A DNA stretch of 41,491 nucleotides, from assembly GCA_964538205.1 (NCBI GenBank), contig CAZIFN010000002.1:1-41491 (forward strand), in the 5' to 3' direction. The notes below the pieces were generated by a model. It was not told where the DNA came from. It saw only the letters and a list, made by a program, of their open reading frames with translations, and searched no databases. Positions 35,449 through 41,491 of this stretch are shown here, piece after piece; position 1 is the stretch's first letter; each line of letters begins with the position of its first letter. A program made the position numbers and the translations under genes. The stretch comes from an uncultured Mycoplasma sp. (GTDB lineage: Bacteria > Bacillota_I > Bacilli_A > RF39 > UBA660).

Positions 35449-38262
35449 ATGGACAAAATTATTGTAAAAGGAGCAAGAGAAAACAATTTAAAAAATATAG
35501 ATATAGAACTACCAAAAAATAAATTAATTGTTATGACTGGACTATCAGGTTCAGGAAAAAGTAGTTTAGCTTTTGATACAATATATGCAGAAGGACAGAG
35601 AAGATATGTTGAAAGTCTATCTGCATATGCTAGACAGTTTTTAGGTAATTCTGAAAAACCAGATGTTGATAGTATAGAAGGATTATCACCAGCAATCAGT
35701 ATTGATCAAAAAACAACATCAAATAATCCAAGATCAACAGTTGGAACAGTAACAGAAATATATGATTATTTAAGACTTCTATTTTCAAGAATTGGCATTC
35801 CATATTGTCCTACTCATAATATACCAATTTCTTCCCAAAGTGTAGAAGAAATGACAAATAAAATATTAGAGTATGAAGAAGGAACCAAAATTATAATTTT
35901 AGGCCCTGTTGTTCATGGCGAAAAAGGTACTCATAAAGATATATTTGAAAAACTGCGTAAAGAAGGATACAGTAGAGTTCGCGTAAATGGTGAAATGTTA
36001 GATCTTAGTGATGATATATTATTAGAAAAAAATAAAAAAGATTCAATTGATGTAGTAATAGATAGAATTGTTATAAAAAATGACTCCAGAAGTAGAATCT
36101 ATGAAGCTCTTGAGTTAGCAACCAAACTATCATCTGGAAAAGCAGTTGTTCAAATATTAGGAGAAAATGCAAAAGAATTAGTATTTTCAGAACAATTTGC
36201 TTGCCCACATTGCGAATTTTCTTTGCCAGAGTTAGAACCGAGAATATTTAGTTTTAACGCACCATACGGAGCATGTCCAGAATGTAAAGGCCTTGGTATA
36301 AAATTACAAATAGATGAAAACTTAGTTATACCAGACAAAACTTTAAGTATCAATGAAGGGTGTATTAAAACATTAAGCGACGATCAAGATGGAATATATT
36401 ATAAAAAATTAGAATGCGTATGTAAGCATTACAAAATAGATATGAATAAGCCTTTTGGAAAATTAAAAAAAGAACATCAAGAAATAATACTACATGGTAC
36501 AAATGAACCTATAAAGTTTAATTATGCTACTAAGTCAGGAAATATTATGAATTCTATAGATTATTATGAAGGAATTATTGATAATTTAGAAAGAAGATAT
36601 ATGGAAACTAGTTCCACTTGGATTAGAGAATGGCTAGAAAATTACATGGTTGAATATGAATGTGATACTTGTCATGGCGCTAGACTTAATGATAATGTAT
36701 TGTCAGTAAAAATAGCTAATAAAAATATTTATGAAGTAACCTGTATGAGTATAAAAAAATTAATAACATTCTTTGAAAAGTTAAAATTAACCGAATCAGA
36801 AAAACAAATAGCAAACTTAGTTTTAAAAGAAATAAATGAAAGACTATTATTTTTATCAAATGTCGGACTAGGATATTTAACTTTAAGTCGTAGTGCGGGA
36901 ACATTATCAGGAGGAGAAGCACAACGTATACGATTAGCTACTCAAATTGGCTCACATTTAACAGGTGTCTTATACGTTTTAGATGAGCCTAGTATTGGAC
37001 TTCATCAAAGAGATAATGAAAAATTAATTAACTCTATGAAAGAAATGAGAGATTTAGGAAATACACTTATAGTTGTTGAACACGATACAGATACAATGTT
37101 AGCTGCAGATTATCTAGTAGATATAGGTCCAGGAGCAGGCGATAAAGGTGGCTACATAATAGCAAAAGGAACACCAGAAGAAGTAATGAATAATGAAAAA
37201 AGTATTACAGGACAATACTTATCCGGCAAAAAATGTATTGATATTCCTCAAAAAAGAAGAAAAGGCACTGGAAAATATTTAAAAATAAAAGGAGCAACAG
37301 AAAATAATTTAAAAAATATTGATGTAGATATTCCGCTAGGAACGTTTACTTGTATAACTGGTGTATCCGGTTCAGGAAAAAGTACATTGATAAATGAAAT
37401 ACTATGTAAATCAATATCTAATAAATTATATAAATCCAAAGAAAAGCCTGGAAATTGTAAGAAAATATTAGGAATTGAAAATTTAGATAAGCTAGTTGCT
37501 ATCTCTCAAAATCCAATAGGAAGAACACCAAGGTCTAATCCTGCAACATATACAGGTGTATTTGATGATATAAGAACATTATTTACAACAACAAAAGAAG
37601 CAAAAATGTATGGATTTGAAAAGAATCGCTTTTCTTTCAATGTAAAAGGTGGAAGATGCGAAGCCTGTAGAGGTGATGGCGTAAAAAAAATAGAAATGCA
37701 CTTCTTACCAGATGTCTATGTTCCTTGTGAAATATGCCATGGAACTAGGTATAATAGAGAAACACTGAACATAAAATATAAAAATAAAAACATTGCCGAA
37801 GTATTAGACATGAGAGTTACAGAAGCCTTAGAATTTTTCAGTAACATCCCAAAAATTAAAAACAAATTACAAGTGCTAGAAGACGTTGGTTTAGGATATA
37901 TAAAACTTGGACAAAGTGCACCAACATTATCAGGAGGAGAGGCAGAACGTGTAAAACTAGCAAAAGAATTACAAAAAAAGGCAACAGGAAAAACATTATT
38001 TGTCTTAGATGAGCCAACAACTGGTCTACATACAGACGATATAAACAGGTTACTTGCAATTTTACAAAAAATAGTAGATAATAATGATACAGTAGTAGTA
38101 ATAGAACACAATTTAGATGTTATCAAAGTAGCTGATTATATAATAGACTTAGGCCCTGAAGGTGGAGATGATGGTGGAGAAGTAGTAGCAACTGGTACAC
38201 CAGAAGAAGTTGCAAAAAATAAAAAATCTTACACAGGACAATTTTTAAAGAAAATACTATAG
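35449..38262 (+). CDS. uvrA: Excinuclease ABC subunit A
   Basis: Two ABC modules ([18 protein letters not shown]; [16 protein letters not shown]) and zinc-finger Cys pairs (CPHCEF...CPEC; CEACRGDG...CEIC). ATG 35449 follows GGGTGA. Confidence 0.95.
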   Translation: MDKIIVKGARENNLKNIDIELPKNKLIVMTGLSGSGKSSLAFDTIYAEGQRRYVESLSAYARQFLGNSEKPDVDSIEGLSPAISIDQKTTSNNPRSTVGTVTEIYDYLRLLFSRIGIPYCPTHNIPISSQSVEEMTNKILEYEEGTKIIILGPVVHGEKGTHKDIFEKLRKEGYSRVRVNGEMLDLSDDILLEKNKKDSIDVVIDRIVIKNDSRSRIYEALELATKLSSGKAVVQILGENAKELVFSEQFACPHCEFSLPELEPRIFSFNAPYGACPECKGLGIKLQIDENLVIPDKTLSINEGCIKTLSDDQDGIYYKKLECVCKHYKIDMNKPFGKLKKEHQEIILHGTNEPIKFNYATKSGNIMNSIDYYEGIIDNLERRYMETSSTWIREWLENYMVEYECDTCHGARLNDNVLSVKIANKNIYEVTCMSIKKLITFFEKLKLTESEKQIANLVLKEINERLLFLSNVGLGYLTLSRSAGTLSGGEAQRIRLATQIGSHLTGVLYVLDEPSIGLHQRDNEKLINSMKEMRDLGNTLIVVEHDTDTMLAADYLVDIGPGAGDKGGYIIAKGTPEEVMNNEKSITGQYLSGKKCIDIPQKRRKGTGKYLKIKGATENNLKNIDVDIPLGTFTCITGVSGSGKSTLINEILCKSISNKLYKSKEKPGNCKKILGIENLDKLVAISQNPIGRTPRSNPATYTGVFDDIRTLFTTTKEAKMYGFEKNRFSFNVKGGRCEACRGDGVKKIEMHFLPDVYVPCEICHGTRYNRETLNIKYKNKNIAEVLDMRVTEALEFFSNIPKIKNKLQVLEDVGLGYIKLGQSAPTLSGGEAERVKLAKELQKKATGKTLFVLDEPTTGLHTDDINRLLAILQKIVDNNDTVVVIEHNLDVIKVADYIIDLGPEGGDDGGEVVATGTPEEVAKNKKSYTGQFLKKIL

Positions 38263-38272
38263 AGGTGATAAT

Positions 38273-38698
38273 GTGCGTCTAATCATAAAAGAAAAAAACA
38301 AAATAAGACTAAATAAGTTTATAGACTGGTTATTATATATGATAGGATATATAATTGTATTTATTACTGTAAGTATGTTATTTAAAAGCGTTCAAATAGA
38401 TCACAGTCATTTCTTTATATATTCAACACTAATAGTATTTGTCATTTACATATTAAATAAAGTCTTAAAACCAATACTATTTACTATAACAATTCCTATA
38501 ATAGGAATAACACTGGGTTTATTTTATCCATTTATCAACTTATTTATATTAAAAATAGCGGATTGGATACTAGGAGATTGTTTTAATTTAACAAATATAT
38601 TTGTAGCACTTCTAGTCGCAATATTATTATCTATAATGAATTTTATAATGGAAGAAATAATAAAAAAAATAATAAAGAGGGTAAAGAAATATGGATAA
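38273..38698 (+). CDS. DUF360 / YvlD-like four-TM membrane protein (phage-holin-4 superfamily)
   Basis: 141 aa with four hydrophobic helices. GTG start after AGAGGTGATAAT. Its position downstream of uvrA matches the Bacillus yvlD neighbourhood. Confidence 0.6.
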   Translation: MRLIIKEKNKIRLNKFIDWLLYMIGYIIVFITVSMLFKSVQIDHSHFFIYSTLIVFVIYILNKVLKPILFTITIPIIGITLGLFYPFINLFILKIADWILGDCFNLTNIFVALLVAILLSIMNFIMEEIIKKIIKRVKKYG

Positions 38699-39551
38699 AA
38701 TAGCAATCGATTTAGGTCCTATACAAATCTATTGGTATTCAATCATAATATTTATAGGAATGCTAGTAGCTAGTATTGTAATTTTTAAAGAAGCAAGAAG
38801 AAGAAATATAGATGAAGATTTTCTAGTAAATTTAATATTCAATACCATCATAATTGGTCTTATAGGAGCAAGACTTTATTATGTATTATTTAATCTTTCT
38901 TACTATTTACAATATCCAATTGAAATATTAGCAGTATGGAATGGTGGCCTAGCTATACATGGTGGTATTTTTGCTGCCTTAATATTTATAATTATTTATT
39001 GTAAAAAACATGAAGTAAATTGTATACAAATATTAGATATAATTGTAGTTGGCTTAATAATAGCTCAAGCAATAGGACGCTGGGGAAATTTTGTTAACTG
39101 TGAGGCTTATGGTCACATAACAACACTTCAAGAATTAAAGCAAAAAGGAATTCCAACTTTTATCATAAATAACATGTATATATTAGGAGAATATAGACAA
39201 CCAACATTCTTTTATGAGTCAACTTGGTGTTTAACAGGATTTATTGCCATGTTAATGATTAGAAAATTTAAGTATTTAAAACGAGGACAATTAACAGGTT
39301 TTTATTTAATCTGGTATGGATTAGGAAGATTTGTTATTGAGGCAATGAGAACAGATTCATTAATGATAGGTTCTATAAAAATAGCCCAGGTAGTATCAGT
39401 TGTTTTTGTAATAGTAGGAATAATACTATTCTTATATAATATGTTTAAAAGTACCAAAGATGATAGAAAATTATATACAGAGGATCTTTCAAAAAAAGAA
39501 GAAGTAAGTGCAATAAAGTACTACAAGAAAAGAGGTAATCATTATGTATAA
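38691..39551 (+). CDS. lgt: Prolipoprotein diacylglyceryl transferase
   Basis: Motifs WNGGLAIHGG and GRWGNFVNCEAYG; multi-pass membrane protein. Confidence 0.9.
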   Translation: MDKIAIDLGPIQIYWYSIIIFIGMLVASIVIFKEARRRNIDEDFLVNLIFNTIIIGLIGARLYYVLFNLSYYLQYPIEILAVWNGGLAIHGGIFAALIFIIIYCKKHEVNCIQILDIIVVGLIIAQAIGRWGNFVNCEAYGHITTLQELKQKGIPTFIINNMYILGEYRQPTFFYESTWCLTGFIAMLMIRKFKYLKRGQLTGFYLIWYGLGRFVIEAMRTDSLMIGSIKIAQVVSVVFVIVGIILFLYNMFKSTKDDRKLYTEDLSKKEEVSAIKYYKKRGNHYV

Positions 39552-40497
39552 AAAAGTAGTAGTATTAGGTGGAGGAACAGGAATTTCTTACTTATTAAAA
39601 GGCTTGAAAGATTTTCCAGTTGATATAACAGCCGTCATAACAGTTTCAGATAACGGACGTTCTACAGGAAAATTAAGAGAAGAATTTCATACTCCAGCCG
39701 TTGGAGACATTAGAAGAGTTATAACCTCTCTTTCTGAAATAGATGATCCAATAAAGAAACTAATGGAATATAGATTTAATACTTCAAGTGATTTAGATGG
39801 ACATGCACTAGGAAATTTAATTTTAACTGCTATGCTTGATATAACAGGATCATTAAAAGCATCAATTGCTAACTTAAGTAAACTATTAGATGTAAAACAT
39901 AAAGTACTACCAATATCAGAAGACTCTTCATTAACACTCATGGGTCTAGATACAGAAGGAAATATTATAGAAGGAGAAGAACAAATAACTAAAGCTCACA
40001 GAAAATTTGAAAAAATATATTACAAAAGTGAGCCTAAAGTATTAAAAGAAGTTCTAGATGCCTTACAAGAAGCAGACTTAATAATATTTAGTATGGGAAG
40101 TTTATATACATCTATTTTGCCTAATATCATATGTAAAGAAGTAAAAGAAGTTTTAGATAAAACAAAAGCACCTATAATGTATTTATGTAACTTCGTAACC
40201 CAACCAGGAGAAACAGACGGCTTTTCAGTAAGTGATCATATCAAACTAATAAATAAATATTTAAATAACAAAAAAATAGATGTAGTAATTGCAAGTAATA
40301 CTAAAATAAATACAGAAATAGCAGAAAGATATTCAACTGCCGAACAAAAATCTCCAGTCAAAATAGATTATGATAATATTGAAAAACTAGGAGTAGAACT
40401 AATAGAAGATGATTTAATAATAGTAGAAAATAAAATACTAAGACATAATAGTTTAAAACTAAGTTCTTTAATATTTTCATACTTAATGAGGAATTAA
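39544..40497 (+). CDS. yvcK: Gluconeogenesis factor YvcK (CofD-like, UPF0052)
   Basis: N-terminal VVVLGGGTG, SDNGRSTGKLR and LGNLILTAM. Immediately upstream of whiA, as in Bacillus. Confidence 0.85.
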   Translation: MYKKVVVLGGGTGISYLLKGLKDFPVDITAVITVSDNGRSTGKLREEFHTPAVGDIRRVITSLSEIDDPIKKLMEYRFNTSSDLDGHALGNLILTAMLDITGSLKASIANLSKLLDVKHKVLPISEDSSLTLMGLDTEGNIIEGEEQITKAHRKFEKIYYKSEPKVLKEVLDALQEADLIIFSMGSLYTSILPNIICKEVKEVLDKTKAPIMYLCNFVTQPGETDGFSVSDHIKLINKYLNNKKIDVVIASNTKINTEIAERYSTAEQKSPVKIDYDNIEKLGVELIEDDLIIVENKILRHNSLKLSSLIFSYLMRN

Positions 40498-40498
40498 T

Positions 40499-41428
40499 AT
40501 GTCATATACAATAGAAATAAAAAAAGAAGTATCAAGTTTAGATTCCACAAATTCAGAAATAATAGCAGAATTATCAGGCTTTATTAGAAATAATGCTTAT
40601 ATAAATAATGAAACATTGTTTATGACAACAGAAAATGAATTTGTTATTGAAAGACTAAATAAATTCTTTAAAAAAATATATGAAGTTGAACTAAATATAG
40701 AAATAAAAGATAATCTAAATTTTAATAAAAAAAATTTATATTTATTATCTATAAACCAGAAATTGGCCCTTATTTTAAAAGATCTTGGATATTATGACAA
40801 TGATAATAATTATTTAGATACACCGCCGAACTATATCGTTGGAGCAAATGAAGAAATAAGAGCATATCTTAGAGGTTGTTTCTTATGTACAGGAAGTATT
40901 AATAATCCAGAAACATCAAGATATCATATGGAATTACTAATTTCTAGGCCAAGCGAAGCTGTATTTATCCAAAAATTATTAAATATATTTGATTTAAATG
41001 CCAAAATATTAAATAGAGAAAAAGGATATATGATATATATAAAAGAAGCAGAAAAAATAAGTGATTATATAAAAATTCTTGGTGCTAATAATGCCGTATT
41101 ATTCTTTGAAAATGCAAGAATTTATAGAGAAAAGAAAAATCAAACTAATAGATTAAACAATTGTGAACAAGCAAATATGGACAAAGTATTCCAAACAGCA
41201 ACCAGTCAGTTAGAACAAATAAAAATAATAGAAGAAGCTAATGGATATACTTTATTAGATGAAAGAACTAAACAAGCTTTTGATTATCGTAAAAAGTATC
41301 CAGAATCATCTTTAAAAGAACTAAGTGAAATAATAACTTTAGAAACAGGAAAGCCCATAACTAAATCAGGACTTAATCATAGATTTAGAAAAATAAAAGA
41401 ATTAGCTGAAAAGTTAAAAAAGCTCTAA
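40499..41428 (+). CDS. whiA: DNA-binding protein WhiA
   Basis: Degenerate LAGLIDADG-like domains (YLRGCFLCTGSINNPE) and a C-terminal HTH (SLKELSEIITLETGKPITKSGLNHRFRKI). Confidence 0.9.
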   Translation: MSYTIEIKKEVSSLDSTNSEIIAELSGFIRNNAYINNETLFMTTENEFVIERLNKFFKKIYEVELNIEIKDNLNFNKKNLYLLSINQKLALILKDLGYYDNDNNYLDTPPNYIVGANEEIRAYLRGCFLCTGSINNPETSRYHMELLISRPSEAVFIQKLLNIFDLNAKILNREKGYMIYIKEAEKISDYIKILGANNAVLFFENARIYREKKNQTNRLNNCEQANMDKVFQTATSQLEQIKIIEEANGYTLLDERTKQAFDYRKKYPESSLKELSEIITLETGKPITKSGLNHRFRKIKELAEKLKKL

Positions 41429-41440
41429 ACTTTAGAGCTT
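41420..41440. terminator. Hairpin overlapping the whiA stop; the T-run is on the minus strand only
   Basis: AAGCTCTAAA C TTTAGAGCTT, preceded by AAAAA on the plus strand. It may terminate a convergent gene beyond the window or act in both directions. Confidence 0.35.
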
Positions 41441-41491
41441 CAGACTGTTGACAAAGTAAAATTTGTTAATAGTCTTTTTATTTTAATAAAA

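Noticed and set aside
933-38706. Remaining short antisense or overlapping ORFs in the track (e.g. 933-1166, 2549-2737, 6675-6884, 9505-9699, 9909-10130, 11550-11855, 12312-12497, 15620-15835, 16156-16365, 16724-17020, 17123-17332, 17458-17844, 21124-21363, 21823-22173, 24640-24858, 29578-29766, 30301-30501, 31157-31387, 36150-36353, 36716-36922, 37248-37439, 37716-38126, 37856-38059, 38524-38706, 39687-39941)
   Set aside because: Each lies inside, and antisense or out of frame to, a longer ORF with recognisable motifs. Their translations are Leu/Ile/Phe/Ser-rich low-complexity strings with no motif or RBS.
1-41491. Looked for CRISPR arrays, tRNA/rRNA genes, transposases, integrases, phage structural modules and toxin-antitoxin pairs
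   Set aside because: I saw no regularly spaced direct repeats, no tRNA-like GC-rich cloverleaf segments (e.g. GGTTCGAATCC-type T-arms), and no ORF with DDE, tyrosine- or serine-recombinase motifs. Fic has no adjacent antitoxin-sized ORF. Absence is by eye only.

Overview
This is a low-GC (roughly 27-28% by eye) Bacillota-type chromosomal segment using the standard genetic code: TGA acts as a stop and is the recoding site in prfB. The housekeeping backbone has Bacillus-like synteny. It runs prfB (programmed +1 frameshift), two tandem YitT paralogs, ftsE, ftsX, an M23 peptidase and an ABC exporter, then uvrB, uvrA, a DUF360 membrane protein, lgt, yvcK and whiA. Two accessory blocks interrupt it. 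Block 1 (0.1-14.5 kb) holds dinD with a LexA-like box, four GNAT acetyltransferases (one fused to DUF402), a Nudix hydrolase, an S51-like peptidase, an orphan HExxH protein and a convergent pair of collagen-like (BclA-like) genes. It also holds a tightly coupled four-gene operon: Zn-ribbon/LRR membrane protein, long radical-SAM/SPASM enzyme, 119-aa protein with a Ser/Gly/Tyr plus poly-Asn tail, and a double-Zn-ribbon membrane protein. Block 2 (22.7-33.2 kb) holds an 11-residue-repeat His/acidic protein, a possibly inactive SipW-like membrane protein and a third BclA-like gene. It also holds a minus-strand RiPP-like operon, a UDG-family gene, a decayed duplicate of the uvrB 5' end and a Fic/wHTH cassette flanked by direct repeats. 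The RiPP-like operon encodes an RlmM-like methyltransferase, an rSAM/SPASM enzyme, a 37-aa precursor ORF absent from the ORF track, a second methyltransferase, a second rSAM/SPASM enzyme, a PqqD-like protein and a GNAT. I recognised no rRNA, tRNA, CRISPR array, transposase or integrase. The two radical-SAM operons are the best candidates for an undescribed system. All functional calls rest on motifs read by eye; no database search was run.
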